From assembly GCA_030704615.1 (NCBI GenBank), contig CM060731.1, forward strand, positions 54,684,001-54,748,000: a stretch of 64,000 bases of DNA, in the 5' to 3' direction. The notes beneath the pieces are model-generated. The model saw nothing but the letters and a program-made list of their open reading frames with translations, was not told the DNA's origin and did not search any database. Numbering within the stretch: position 1 is the first letter of the stretch; every line of letters starts with the position of its first letter. Below, piece by piece: positions 49,000 to 63,900 of this stretch. The DNA is from Takakia lepidozioides (taxonomy: Eukaryota; Plantae; Bryophyta). The translations under genes were made by a program, and so were the position numbers.

Positions 49000-49556
49000 G
49001 AAAATGAAGTTAGGCAAAAAACATCCCTGAACATGTTTTCAATTTGTGACATGGGGGAGGACATCGTGGAAAAACCTTCAGGTCTACCACTATGTGCAGA
49101 GGGACTAATTTTTAGGTCAAGGAAATGTTGCTTTGTCACGTCATTGCACCTGCGTTGGAGTATGCATTTGCTATATGCATTGATAACTCCAACGAGGCTA
49201 GGTCTGCAATATCCTTTCAAGTGGGGGTGCTTAAGGAGTGGATGTCCGCATGCTCCAAAATAGCCAATGTGGCTGTTCATGGTGAGTTTGGCATCCCTTT
49301 CTTAACCGGAAGTGGTGGGAATAGCTGGTGAGATGGTAGAGTCTATTGCAACACATCTCTTTACACCAGATATCGTAAGTTAATCGACTCTATATCTTGG
49401 AAATAGGGGAGAAAGCCATGTGTGCTGCCCCAAAATTGTGTAATGACAAAGAAGTTAGGCATAAAACATCCATGAACATGTTTCTAGATTGTGACATGGG
49501 GGAGGACATCCCGGATGACCTGAAGGGTCTACCCACTATGTGCACCAGACTTAAAT
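49000..49556 (+). repeat. Diverged ~110-bp direct repeat (49000-49112, 49448-49556)
   Basis: Shared GAAGTTAGGCA...AACATCC...TTGTGACATGGGGGAGGACATC...GGTCTAC..CACTATGTGCA. Confidence 0.85.
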
Positions 49557-51220
49557 TGTGGATTTGGTGAGGAAGCCTACTTTTGGACAGCAAACAAAAG
49601 CTGAGAGGGATGAGAGAGTGCTATTGCCCGTTCTGTCGGCTCCACAAACATAATATTCATTGTCTGACTCACTGCCCGGGGTGCTATCACCAGATAGACC
49701 ACCGGATATCCAAGCTATCAATTGAATTGTGTCTGCACCTGTGTTTACCAACATTGAGAGTCTTTAGGCCTTTTGGGGCTCCGTTGCTGGGCTCCGCCAT
49801 ACAGCCATTGAATAGATGTCCACTGGATATGTGCAAAACCCGAATGGATGTTCTGTTTCCTGGTAAGTTTCATGTGGTACTGATGTGAACCCGCCCACAT
49901 TCTGTTTCTTCACCAATGAATGGGCTTACATGTTATGAGGACATTCTATCCCTCTCCTTTTCAGTTTTTGGCACTTGCGCTGCAGGGGAGTGGGTTTGAG
50001 GTCTGCTGTTTATGGTTATGGTTGTGGGATGGTTTGTGCTCTGGTGACGTTGTGTACAGTAGGACTACAGCTGATGCACCTTGTGTGTGGGATGTTTCTG
50101 GCAGTGGAAGGGGAGTGAAGCTGCAGCAAAGCACTCACAGCCACCATACAATGCCAACCAACACCAACCTTGGCACCCACCCCCTGCCGGATGGTCTCCA
50201 CAACAGAGTGCACCATGGGGAGCCCCCCTTGCTTCGGGGTCGTGGCGCTGGCTTCCTGATGCGCCACGTCACAATGGGGCCTCCCACATCTCCATACGGC
50301 CCTCCCCTCCGGCACACATCAGTAACCCCCCACAACGTATGACGGCGCTGCTCCAGAGCATGGGGGCAGGAAACGGTCATCAGAGCTGAGGAAGGAACGA
50401 CGCCATGCCATGAAACAATGGGAAGGAGATGGAGAGGGGAAGGGTGGCTACAGGGCTAAAGCGCCACAAGGTGGAGGTGCATGGAAATGGAGTCATCAAT
50501 GCTGGCTGCGAAGGTAAGGAACACTGGCAGCGTGATTTGCGTGGCCTGGCATTGCGTTACCTTGACTCAAGCGTACAAGACATTGACCAACAGTCCCAGA
50601 GTGCCATGTCAACAGTAATAGAGGGCATAAATGGAATGTACGAGTACACACCTATCCCTGCCAATCGTGATTTTATAGTGAAGTAATGTGGGAAGATAAT
50701 GAAAGGAGAAAGAGCAAAACTGAAAGATAAATGGGCGAAGACTGGTGTGAGGCCAATGAACACTGAACCCGCCTATTGGGATAAGCTTGTTGCCTACTGG
50801 GAGTCCCCTCGTGGACTTGCAAAGGTTGAAGGGATGAAGCAAGCGCGTGCTTGTGTCACGAACCCCTCGCGTTGGGGCCGGGCAGGAGTTGCAGGCCAAG
50901 CAGCCCGTTTGGTAATCTCCCTCACCCCCTTCTCATTGCTCTTACGTTGTGGCATGTTCTGATGGAAGAGACACCCACGAGTGAGTTTTATTGCTTGTGC
51001 AGAATTAGTTGTTATGTGATATGCAGGGCAGTGCATTGTCCATATGCTCCTGGCATTTTGTACTGACAGTGTGTGGATGGGCAAATACAGAAAAGACGCA
51101 AAGCGCGGAGCCCGTCACTATCCGAGCTCGGGGCGGAGCAAAAGAACGCTGCGACTGGCACCCCATCAGAGTATGTTTTGAGCCAGGTATGTTTTGAAGT
51201 CCGGTTTCCATTCATGAATC

Positions 51221-52364
51221 TGTTGTTGTACTAAGATTTGGTGGGTATGTGGGGCCCCCACGCATGGTACAGGAGGGGTGTTATGCCAAACCCAGCCATC
51301 TCCGAATGCCTGAAATCCTGCACATTCGGCCTCTTCTTCTAGTTTTAAACAGTACGGGTGGGTGTTTGTATGCGTAGGGAGCGGGGAACTCAATGGCAGC
51401 CCGCATCGGGGCCCTGGAGAGGCTTGCGGCTCTCTCTGCGGAGCGGGAGAGGGGTGTCGCGCGGCTTTTGCTCATCCATCCCTTCGCTATCCGAGGCGGA
51501 AACTCCAAGATAGAAGAGTTGGAAATCTCTAAGCACTCAGCCCGTTCAGAACAATCAGTCATGACCTACAGCTAGTGTATCATGGGGGTGTTTCCTATTT
51601 GTTTTCCTTCTCACATTCATGTTAGCTAGTTACCTTACTGTTGGTAATTAAGTATCAGTTTGCTTCAGCAATCTATCGGATCCCATCAACTCATCCATTC
51701 ATTCCACAGCTTCACTCAGATCTCTCTACACAGTGTGAGTATGAAGTATGTATCAGATTAATATCTATCGAGTATCAGGCTGAAGCCATGGAGTCTCTAA
51801 TCTGCTCTACATTACAACTCTACTGCTTGCATTCATTAAGCATCAACAGATCGCCCTCCTCCTACTCTGTGCTCTCCCTCCTTCCGCTCAGAGATGCGCT
51901 CTCTCCTCCTTTCCTCCCGTGATGTCCGAAGCCCTCTCTCCAAGTGATCTCTCCCCCTTCTCCCAGAATTCCCCCAAGAAGTGATCATTTTTCCAGTCCT
52001 CGCTCCTCGCTTTATTTTCCTACCCGTTGTTCTAACCGTTTCTCTCACTAACCGTCACCCGTGAACTAACATGTTCCATTCGCAGATGTTCTTCCCCACA
52101 GTCGTTCCCTGTCCTGCTATCCGTTCCCTATGGTCGTGACAGCTGTGTCAAGCTTTGACTGGCTGTGCGACTGTGTTGGACTGTGTCAGCTGTGTTGGCT
52201 GTGTCGGACTGTGACGGGCTGTGTTGGCTGTGACGAGCTGTGTAACCCCCCTTAAAGTGCGCTGCTGTCACCCCTAAGGCTCCTGTTGGTCTCAGTCTGT
52301 GCAAAAATTAAGGGTCCCCCACAGATCCCGTAAAAGTGTCTAAGTCCCAGACAGTCCTCCAACA
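51221..52364 (-). mobile_element. 3' LTR (~1.14 kb) of a Ty3/gypsy-like element
   Basis: Ends are TGTTG...CAACA. A polypurine tract GAGAGGGGAAGGGG-TAA abuts it on the minus strand (52365-52381), and a CTGTGTYGG tandem lies at 52141-52243. The left end could be 51221 or 51224. Confidence 0.75.
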
Positions 52365-52459
52365 TTACCCCTTCCCCTCTCAAAAAGCCGTGTCCTCACG
52401 GTTTACTGATTGGGATTAGCAAATCTTTGTGAGCGAGCACCTTTCTGACGTTGAGAGTT

Positions 52460-55400
52460 TCATGGCGGACTGTGTGTACGAGCCCGAGGTCTGTCACTGG
52501 TTGACGGAGATGATTGAACACTACCTGGATATGTAAGGCCCTCTGGAGGCTGATATCGAGGTAATCTTTCAGGCATAGGAGACCCCCGTCGTTTCTTCTC
52601 TGCCATCTGAATTGCATAGTCTTCTCCCATGTCAAAAGAGTCCGCTGAAGAAACAGTTGTATCAGAATCCTCATCGCCTCTCAGGTGTTTTAACTTCCGA
52701 ACTTTTTGTGGAATCCTCTGGGGCATACAATGTTGTCCTACTATGTCTGGAAGTTTAAACTTTAAAACTTGCTGTAAACGCTGAATGGTAAAATTGGTAA
52801 AGACCCTGAGCTCCTTGTCTGTCCAGGTGAGTGGTGTACCAATGACTTGTGAATTGTGCAAGTATTTCCATGCCTCATGTCCCTTAAAGAAAATATCATC
52901 AAGGCCGAATTTCTGTGTTGACAAATTGTTCCAGGCCGCATGAAACCATGAACGAATTTGAGAATCCTTTTGCATCATAACTTTTGCCTCATATAGGTAC
53001 ATATGAGGTGGCACTGAAGGTAAGACCCAATGATCCCCACTGGAATAACTCAGAAAGCGCGATTGCATCTTGTGCTGCTCAATGTGGTAACGTACCAGAA
53101 AACAAACAGCGTAGTATAACCCGCATCCCATGACAATACTTGCTACCTCCTTGGTCTTGGTATAAATGAATCCATGTACAACTTGGAAGACAATTAATTC
53201 CTTCAACATGGTACCTGCCTCATGCCAGTACTGTGCAAAGTGATGATCCTCAATTGGTCGATTGTTCGGAAGAACTTTAGTCCTAGTTGCCACTGGCAGC
53301 CAAATGCGCATGATTTGATAGTAATGTGCCAATGACTGCGGAAGACTAAATTCTTTCCAAGCCAAATCTAACATAATGGGAATTTGGTTGAAGGGCATAA
53401 TCATAGCCCTATTGTACTCCCTTGCAGCTGGAGTTTTAGGTGGGTTAAAAGCAGCATTCCCCCATACCTCAGGCTGTGGTGGCTGTGGTGTGGCTGTAGT
53501 AACAACAGGGTCAGCTACTGGCACAGTGACTTGTTGTGGTGTTGGTGGCACTAGCTCTTGTACCATTGGCATCTCCTGCACCCCCTGTGAAGAAGACTGA
53601 AAAGCCAAAGTTCTGGCTTGTAAATAAGAAGCCATTAGCTGTTCCTCAGGTATATAGACTCTTTTGTCGATATTTGAAGTGAGGTCCTCCACTTGAGTCT
53701 GCAGGCCGTCTACATCCTCCTGTAACTCCGCTATCCTAATATAGACATTGTCTATAGTAGTTGTGGCAATGTTCTGCACTTGCAGCCTGAGCTCATTCAT
53801 CTCGCTTTGGGTGAGCTTTCGTGGTGCTTTTGCCCTCCACTGGCCCTTGTGCTAACCAGACCTGCATAAGGTGGTTATCCACCAAGTTGTTTGTGGTTCC
53901 TCTGAGAGTGTGCTCCTCTCTGAGTTTGTACACATCTAACTGCTGTTGTAAAGCCTCCATGCGCTTCGCATGAGGTTCAACCAAATTCGCATAGGCAGCA
54001 AGTAGATTATTGGCTTCCTTCCAAGCCTTGTTAGTGACCGAGATTTCATTTCTATTGGCCATGACCGTTTGTTGCAACTCCAGGATGTGCCTCTCTTGGT
54101 CAGCTTCAACCTGCCTGTATTGCTTGAAAATATCCTCATTGCGACAGATTGTATCCTTCATATCGACAATGAGTTTCATTTGCTCAACATTCTCTTCTTC
54201 TGCCTTCGTACATCTTTCCGCTTGACTGTTTATTTCTTTTGTAGATTGGTCAAGCATAGTTATGAGTGCACATTGTATGGCCATCCTGTCATGCACTGTC
54301 TGCAACTCCATATGTAGTGCATTCACTTATTGCAACTTGCTTTCATGCTTCATTTGCATTTGGTATAGCTGTTGCTTATGTGCTTCGTGCAAGTGGTCTT
54401 GTGCGAGGCCTGCCTCAATCAATTGTTCCTTGGCCAATTGCAAAGCCGCTTCTGTATTCTCTAAGTCTTGCTGCATCTTGAGAGTGACCTCTTCATCGAC
54501 CTTGTTTGCACACTCTGTGGCAAGTCTAGCCTCAAACTCTTTCCTGAGTTCCTCCCTCAAAGCTGCCAATTGAGTAGTGGGAACATGGGATTTGACATAA
54601 GTACCCAACAAATTCAGTGTCCTGCTTATGGAACTCATAAACATAGCCTGTTGAGGGTCATCTTGGTGAGCTTGCTGCTGTTCTCCCTGATCCTCAACAG
54701 TATGATGCCTTACGAACCATTCAGGCCATTGCCCCACCAGATTTTCTTCCTGAACCACTTCATCCGTCACTGGTGCTACAGTGTCTTGGCATTCTACCTG
54801 TGGTACCTCCGTCACAGGTGTGTGTATTATATGCGCCGCAGGGTTTCTCCTGGACAACCGTTGCACCTCCGGAATCATTGTGTCCTTGACCATACCATAA
54901 TATTCATAGAGAAGGTCCCCCTTCTCAATTTCTGCCACCACCTGTTCTGTAATGGGAATATCTAACCCTTCTTTTTCTAAATCAATTATTTCTGGTTGAA
55001 CTGCATGGACAACTTGTGGTAACTTTGTGACAAGCCGATCATCTGGCTGTGATGGCTGTGATACTGAAGTAACTTCCTCTTCCCTCTCTGAAGGTCCTGC
55101 TTCCAGTAATAGCAGTTCTCTGTGCTGCTGTGCCCCTTCCTGCACAAGAGCTTGGGAAACATTATCATGCGGATTCCGTGAAGCCAGTGGATCCGCCACT
55201 ACAGTCTTTCCCCGTCTCTGTCTCTAAGACTCGGGTTGCCCTGCTAGTCCACCCTCACTGTGTGAAGAGCCTTGCTCTTCCATTGCAGTGGTTTCTGGCT
55301 CAAACACTCCCATCTCCTTTCTTTCTCGCGCATCAAGTATGCCAGAATCAAGAATTATTTGAGCAATAATTGGTCCAGACACTATGATAGGAGACTTTGC

Positions 55401-55574
55401 GGCAGTACCCTGTAATCTTTTCATCTCCTCTACCAGTGCGTTGTACATTATGTCCGCCCATTCTACCTCTTCTCCTCTCAGGGCTTTGTAGTTGGCTTCC
55501 CCGCCTTGATCCTCTTCTATCTCTCCATCATCATTTTGCCCCGCCTCTGTTCTCGCACCGAAATCTAAGATCAA
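52460..55574 (-). pseudogene. Large extra ORF of the LTR element (coiled-coil plus unknown globular domain), broken into 4 pieces
   Basis: ORFs 55224..55574, 54327..55199, 53793..54326 and 52460..53800 are contiguous, intronless and on the element's strand, ending just before the PPT. No gag, protease, RT or integrase motifs recognised. Confidence 0.65.
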
Positions 55575-57960
55575 GTAAAGCGTATAGCTAGCGGCAGTAA
55601 AATGATTCTTCGGTGTGGTATTCCGAACACACCTGCAACAGATGAGGAAGGAGCTGCAGAAGCCACAGCTATAGCTCGCCGCCTCATTCTTCGAGTGCCT
55701 TTGGAATGGGCACTACTTGCCGGCGTTCCCCTGTCTGCCAAATCCCTTCAACAGACTCTGTCAAAACCTCAAAACTATCTATACAACTATGCAACATTTC
55801 TCTGCATGATGGCACTGCCTTCTGAATCCCACATCTTCCCTTGCATGAGAATTGAGCAGAAAATATTCAACAAAGGAATTACAACAATTTGAATCAAAAG
55901 AGAAGATACAAAACCTGTTGCTGCGGTGGTTGCACTGAATTGGGAGGGGAAGCACGGCTTTGGCGTCGCCACAAAAACAAAGGAACTACAGAACACCTAA
56001 GATTCCCAGCAAAGGCTCCATCCCTCCAATTCGCAAGGTGGCACCGGTAGTAATGGAACAATTTGGCTTGAAAGTTCAAGCTTTTCTTCCGGTGCCCGCA
56101 CAGAAATCCTCCTATCTGCAGACGAATTGAGTGGAAGTATCTTGTTTGAGGGAGAAAGAGGAGCGAGACGACGAGGAAGAGGAGTATTCCGACCAACCTG
56201 GACGAACGATTACTTCCGTTCATGCGGACATATGAGGCCGGCCTGCCATCATTGTCTTGATTTGTGATGCTACTGAAGGCACTGGAAATTGTGGCAGATG
56301 GGCAAGGTCATCCATGAATCGATAGTGCGGCAAGGAATTGATGCTGAAGGAGGTATGTTCCAGATCAGCGACCCGTGATTTGAAAGGTTCTGGATGACAG
56401 GACATGACTGGGGTTTCCGTGTGGGAATTGCTGTCGGATTTACTATGAAATGGTTTTCGTGTGCAATGTCTGCTTGTGACGTCTTTGCATCGTGCGTGCA
56501 TGCTTGAGAGAAAGAAAGAAAATTCAGGTCGCATCCATCCTGTCCGATTCAACTCCTTGCACAGTAGGTTGGAGTCTCCTTCCCCGGTGGTTAACTGGAT
56601 ATCTTGGTGTGCCCTGACCCTGAGGTTTCGGGCAATACCTCTCCAGCCTGACCCCTACCAAGCCCAGAAACCGCAATGCCAGGTTCGATGCCACCAGCAA
56701 TAAGTATAGTGCTCCAGAAATCTGCTAGAGAGCTTGATCAACTCCTCTGCATTTTGGGAATGCAGTGTGTGGTTGAGTCTGGGTTGAAGGCAGAAAATGG
56801 GTTGTCGTCATTGTTGGGCTTTTACTGGGGGTTTTGGTGTGACATAGCCTAATCAACGTAGGCATCGACCTAAATTTCTCAAAAGGCCCAGAGCTAAAGG
56901 AGAACACATGTATGCGTAAGTGCAATGCTTTTACATTAGTACGACAGCGTGCCCTTGAGGGTAAGGTTCCCTGGGCGTACGGATATTCTGGGAGCCAGTG
57001 GTGGGGTCTCAGCTCGCCTGGATATATGAGATCCAGCTGAACATGTCGTATTGCTCTACTTCTGCAGGTACAGGGATGTTGATTGTATAGGATTGACATC
57101 AGACTAGAACATCAGGTGATTCCAGCCATGGCCTCCTAGCCTTCTAGATCAGATGTGATACATGTGGCTCTGGTTGCATTGCCAATCACACTGGAAAAGC
57201 TTATAACATCCACAGGAAGCCAAGAGCTTCTGGAGCAAAAATGTGTGGCAAACAAGGAAATCACTGAGAACACCCCTAAGTCTTTGGCCCAAGAGGGACA
57301 TGTTACTTGGAAGCAGGGCAAGCTGCATGTGCAAGTTAAAATCATTACACACATTACACGTTAAATTAAGATGATTGTATTCTGAACAAGTGCTGATTTC
57401 TGATCCATGAGTAAAGCTAGCACAGCAAATATTTTCTTCACCACTTTGCTTAACACTATAGAAGAACTTAGTGGAAGTGCGGTTCTTATGAGGGTGCCTT
57501 GAGCATAGTCCCAATCTTTGATGAAGACACACATCACTTGATAAGGAGTTCATCTGATTGAGAGTTCATTTGCTTATGTATGTCTGAACATGTCTGTACA
57601 TGACCATAGTGCTGTAAAATGACAAGATCTAGGGTAGTTGTAGGCCAAATGAATCATTATATATAACTCAAAGAGCTTGCTATTAGTTAGAGCTAATATC
57701 CCTGAGAAAACTCCAAGCATCACATCTCCCTGTAGTGGCACAGTATGTCAATGATGGCTAGAGTGTAACTTGCAATCTCAAAGTGTAAGACACACATTAA
57801 CAATGGACTTTATGTGACTGAACTTAATCTCTGGTGTGTGTTTTGTTAGGAAGTACAATAGCTGTCATGAGTTGGAGGGGAAAAACTCCAAGGAGCTTTA
57901 CAGCAGTTTGAGGGGTCAAGTATCAAATGCTGGAAGGCCCAGCAACAGTGAAACACTACC

Positions 57961-60900
57961 ATGGACAAGGGAAAGACTAAAACTGACCTTCGGGCTGCTG
58001 GCAAGAAACGGGTATGTTGTTATAATTGTTAAGCCTGTGTTAGTCATTCCTAGCCAATGAGGGATCACACCTGAGACACCCGAGGTGGATTCTGAACTCT
58101 GGCAACATTTGTTTGTTTTTGTTCTGTGGATCAATACAGCTGGAGGAATTTCGACTAAAGCGCCAACAAAAGGGGAGCTCAAACAAGACAACCACCACTG
58201 CATTAAGAGCTTTGACCGAGGGTGAACAAAACCCGGTAGAGTGTGTCGACTACATTGCAACTTCTGACACTTCTCTTGATGAGTTGTCAGAATCCATTCC
58301 TCTCTCAACTGAGGGTTTGCAATCTACCTCTTGTGAACATGGAGTGGGGCAGGATAGCTTCCCTGTCATAGATGGACCTCAAGAGAAATTGGAGGATGGA
58401 GTGAAATCCCCCAAAGATTTCAGCGTGTCCCATGGCAGCAATGGCTTCCTCAATTCATCCTTTTCTTTCGCTGTGGCACTGCCAGAGAGATCAGGAGATT
58501 TGGATGTGCATATGTCCACAAATGTCTTGGACACTTTGGAACAATCAGATGTCCTTGGGCAGGTGTTTCCTGAGGTTGGAAGCAGAATTTCAAGTTCATC
58601 AGATGAGTTTGGGACAATGGCAGATGCTGGTTACTCAACAGGGGGGGAGTCACTTTCAACCCATCTCTCTCAAGTGGACGCAGAGGAAGTGGTTGACAAC
58701 ACTGGAAGGGTAGTCAGGGAAGGGGGTGATGACAGTGAGAGGGCAGCTGCTGAAGGGGGCGAGGGCCGCAACAGAGCAGTTGATGAAGGCGATGGGGTGG
58801 AGGAGAAATTAAGTCCCAATTCTTCCACAGGGACTAGGGCAGAAGGATTTACTGCTGGGGACAGTTTGAGAGGGAGGCTTGATGAAATATCATTCAACAG
58901 CCAGCTTGCTGAGGTATTCAGAGTTTCTTCTTTTACTCCTCTTTGAGATGTTGAAGTGTTCACTTGTAACCTACTGCCTAAATTCTTATTCAGGGGCATC
59001 TAGTAAATTTCAAATGGCCAGTACATCTGAGGTGCTTTCTTTTATTTTGCATCCACTGATGTGGGTCAACAAGCTTTGGCTCTTGCTAGTATCTTACTGA
59101 TTTCTGTTGCAAGGAAAATGACACATAGCCTAAACTTTGGCAAATGGTTTTTCATTTTATCCTGACATCTAGAAACCATTCGGCCTGTCCCTCCCATGGA
59201 CATCTACATCTTAAGTGGTGAAACCAGTTTATAGGCAGTGGTTATTGCCGTATTTTTTAGTCTACTGCAATGTTGACAAAGTGTCATGCTTGTGTTGAAG
59301 GTCCTCCTACAGTCTTTAAGCAAAGCAATTATCACAAAAGTTTTGTTGAAGTCTATGTTTTACATGTGATTTTCACGGATAACAGGAGAGTCGATGCAGG
59401 ATCCTAGCGGCATGGACATGCAAGTTCCTCAAATGCAGCTTTCTCGGCAAGAAACAGCTTGTGAAGATATGGTAACAGAGCAACCCAAGACTGAGACTGA
59501 TCCAAGTTTCAACATTGCGTGTCAAACAGACGGTGTAGGCTTGCTTTCAACCTTGGCATCAGTGGAGAGAGAGCAAGCTTTGGGGAGTGAGAAAGTTTTG
59601 GAGATAATGGACTCCATGGAGAGGGAAAGAACTCACCTTGTTCATGAGCTGAATGATTCTCAGCAAAAGTTAGAAGCAACTGTCCAAGAGAGACAAGTGG
59701 AGAGGGAAGGTCTTTTGGCTGAGATTGGAGCTCTGAGGGCGAAAATGGGTGAGTGGACGGAAGAGAGGGAGCAGGTGGCTCTTATGATGAATGCTCGAAT
59801 TGAGGGACTTGAAAAGGAAAATTTGCTGCTTTTGGGTGAACTAGATGGGTTCCATCTTGAACTCAAAAATGCTGATGTTGAGAGGGTAAGTTTTGTTGCT
59901 GAGATTGATGAGTTGAAGGCACAGACAGCAAGAATGGCTGAAGAGAAAGAACATCTATTGTCCATGGTAGAAGCCTCTGCCAGGGAGGTGGATCGGCTGA
60001 CAAATGATGTGGTGGATAGCCGACAGCAGGTACTTTAAACTCAGCAAATGATATTCTCAGTTTCTTAGGGGGATGGCTAAAAGTCATCCCATATTCCTTA
60101 CATCTGCTGCTGTAGCATTTGTGCCAATTCTAAAGGACCTTAAAAGACAGAGGCTCATGGTACCATCTGTGCTGACAATCACAAATGGGATGCTCTAAGA
60201 CCCTGGGCTATTGAGCGCAGTTGGGTTGTTGGCATGACGTTGAGGAGCATGACCTCTTAAGCATAGATGACCTGCACAAGAATTGCTGAGGAATGTTGGA
60301 GCCCGCTGATTTGTAGGACCAGCAGGCTGTTGTGTAATATTCCACTCAGAAACATCGAAAACTGATCTATCCTCCCAGCACGAAGATGTGAAGGTAGCAG
60401 TACCCTAGTAGAGCAAGCATGTAGTTCATGACCATTCTGCAATGATGGCCTCCATACTGTGCTTGTTATAGTGCTGGAGAATCAAGTGTCAACAAAAGCC
60501 ACTGCAGGTTGTACGTTTTGTCGATGGTTGATTCAGAAGGCTTAGTTAAGAAGCATCTTTGCAGAGAGCTTGTCACTTTTGACAAGACGAGATTAAGCTG
60601 ATGATTGTATTCAACTTTAACATTTGACTTGCTATTCCCTGCAGTCAGAGAAACTGATCGAAAACATGGAGGAGAAGAGATTGCAACTGGCAGTAGAGCT
60701 GCAGGCAGCATGGGAGCGATTACAGAAAGCTAGTGAACGTGAAACTGTTCTCACCTTTGAGCTGAGAGGACTCACAGAAGATAGAGATGAGGAGAAGGCA
60801 GCAGTCATTGCCAAGATACAAGAACTTCAGCAGCAGATACAAGGACTGGGAGAAGAAAATGTGGGATTAGGGACCAGACTCGCTGATTCGATTCTCATGC

Positions 60901-63900
60901 TGGAGGGGATCCGTGGTGAAAAAGCACGGTTGGCCAGTGAAATCAATGAGCTTGTGCATGAAAGACAGAGGCGGGAGGAGGCTGGTGTTTTGGAGCTCAG
61001 GACATGGAAGGGTCATATCGAAACCTTGGAGATTGAGAAGTTGAAGTCTATTTCATTGGCGGAGGATTTAAAGAAAGAGTTACAGAAGATGAAAAAAGAG
61101 GACCAGCAGGTCGGATCTGTTGAAGTCAGTCAATCTGTCCAGGAATTGTGGAAGGAAAATGCGGGGCTTTCCAAAGAGGTTGGTAAGCTAGAGCAGGAAA
61201 GAATGGAGCTCACTGGGGAGACACAGGCACTGAAGCTTCGTGTGCAATGCCTGGAGGGGGACAAAGCTAGTTTGGTTTCTGAGATTGAAGAGTTGAAGCA
61301 TTGGCTTCAGAGGCCAGCAGCTCAGAAGGCCCAACTGGTAACCAAGTTGGATGAAGTAAGCCAATTGATGCAAAAGTTGCAGGAGGAGAACTCACGGCTG
61401 GTCAATGTGGTAAGCAAACTGGAGCAAGAGAGAGAAGGGATGTGTAGGGAGATCAATACATTGAACTTCTGCATTCAAAGCCTGGAGAACAAGAGGCATG
61501 ATTTAGATTCTCAGGCTGAAGACTCAAATAAACGGCTAGAGGGAGAGGAGATCCCCCTATTGAGTGGATCGCTTAGGGAATCAAGCCTTCTGGTGCAAGA
61601 TCGTCAGGAGGAAATCAGCACACTCAATTCTTCTGTGCTATTGCTTGGGTTAGAAAAGAGGAACATGACGTCTGAGTTGAGGGCATTGCACCAGGAGATC
61701 CAAAATTTGATTGTGGAGAGAGACAATCTCTTAAGTGAACTCAGTCTTGTCCATAAGAAACTAGAACAGCTTAATATGGATAAGGAGCACCTTGGCTTGC
61801 AGGTTTCACAGGCTGAAGAAAGTGTGCAAAAGATCAGAGAGGAGGGATGTGAGGTTGCGAGGCAATTGGAGAATTCTAGGCAAGAGGTAAACTTCTCCAT
61901 GTTTACATTGGCTATTTGTTGAGGGAGGATGACCCTGGATTTACCTATTGAAGACTGAAATCTCAGACAAAGTATGGAGAATAGGCCATGTAATGCGCAT
62001 ACTCCTCAAGAGGTCACAATTTGAAGTTATTCAAGTCGTAAAATCCAGAATTGAAGGGTTAGATTTGACACATGTCAGATCATAATGAAGTTCATATCTG
62101 TTAGTTTGTTTGACCATCTGTCCCATCAAAGTGTCTGACAATTGAAAATGAATGCTTCTGCAGGTTGTAAAATTGGTAGAGGAGAGATTAGAGTTTATAA
62201 GGCAGCTGACAGAGCTCAAACAACAGTTGCAATGTGTGAGTGAAGAGAAGGCACAGGCTGTCAGGGATCTTGGATCTGAACGAGAAGAGTATAAGCAGCT
62301 GCTGAGGACAATGGATGGGGAAAAGTTGAAACTAGGGTTGGAGATTGAGGACTCAAAACAAGCTCTGCAGCATCTGAGCCATGAAAAAGCAGAGATGATG
62401 ACAAGTTTCTGTCAAGAACTTGTGGGATTGTTCAGGACATTTGGAGAGGAGAAGCAGGAAGTGGTAAGAGAGCAGCATTTTAGCCATGGAAATACTGAGA
62501 TAGTTTTTAACCTCTGTCAAGAGCTTGCTGGGTTGTTTAGGAAAGTGAGTAAGGAGAAAGACAAAGTGGCTGGGGAGTTGAGCGATTTGAGGAAACAGAT
62601 GCTTCAGTCCAACATTCAGAAGGAACTACTTGAGAAGAGGCTTGGATCCAAAGTAGAGGATTTCCACCAACTTGTAATAGATTTAGAAACAGAGAAAGAA
62701 GAACTCACAAGGGCACTGGAAGGCAAAATGTGTGAACTTCAGGCATCCGTTGGAGATCGAGTGAAAGCAGAGGAAGAGAAAGTTGTATTGGTGTCTGAAC
62801 TGGAAATAGCTCATAATCAGTTGAAGGAGCTGGTCAGTTACTCCAATAGCGAGAAGGTGCTATTGCAAGCTCTATTGAGGGATTTGGAGCGGCAAGTAAT
62901 GATGCAAGAAGCACAAAGTACACCCTTTGCATCTCCATCTGGGGCCCAGTTACAGGTGGCAGAGTCCGAGTTGCCAAGGTTAGAGAGAAAGACCGAGGGT
63001 GTGGTACAGGTAGAGGCTTTGGAGGCCGATGCTACCCTCACAATTGGGTCCTTGGATGGATTTGGAGGTTTGTCTGAGCGGCAGTGCATGGTACAGTGCT
63101 CAGAGCTCATTTCCCAGGTGGGTGGGTACAAGAGTCTCCGTGTCAATGTATCTTGTCAGCTTTGGTGCTTGGCAGGCAGAGCTTATATTCTTACACACAT
63201 ACGTCCTCTCTTCTTTTACTCTTTCTCTCCCATCCCTAGCCCCCCTGTACTATCCCAACTGGACATGACGTCTATGCCCACAAATCTATGTCAAGCATAG
63301 TCTAATGCGTATTGCTGAGGGCTAACCTTTTTCTGTCTCAGATTGGGCCTAGAGCAACAAAGCTGGAAACATTGTCTTTCCCCAGCTTGATTGCTATAGT
63401 AGCCCTCACATCGACATTCATTCCCTGTAAACCAAATTGTTCTTGATCATAAGTGAGAGCCATGGCGATTCAACAGATATCCTCTTTGTAACCTGGAATG
63501 GACATTCCATCCCCTGATGGGTAGGAATCCCATGACAGACATAACATCCAAACTGAGATTGTCACCCAACCAGAAGGGTTTCCATCATTGGTCAGTAGTG
63601 GCAAGGCTGGGTAATGCCGTGCCATAACGGTTGTGAGTATTTTTGCTGTTTGCATAATACATCTTGTCTGTGTATGTGCAAGTGTTATTCTTTGTGTACG
63701 AGGTGAAAAGCTTGTTACTGGACTTACCCTTGGACCTCAGTCCATGATGAGGCTCGTATAACTGGGCCTTACCAGCAGTTTTGATGATTGGTCTGACGAG
63801 CAAGCATCCCAACTACTGAGTGCAATCCATGCCATTGTGTGTTTCTGCAGATGCAGGCTTTGAAGGAGACCCTAGGCATCTTACAGCAAAAGAGAGATAC

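Larger units (their letters stand above)
47514..51170 (+). mobile_element. CACTA second gene (TnpA/Ptta-like, Transposase_24-type), degenerate and spliced
   Basis: YWDKLVAYWESPRGLAKVEGMKQARACVTNPSRWGRAG at 50770-50890, downstream of TnpD in the same orientation; putative first exons at 47514-47793. Confidence 0.65.
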
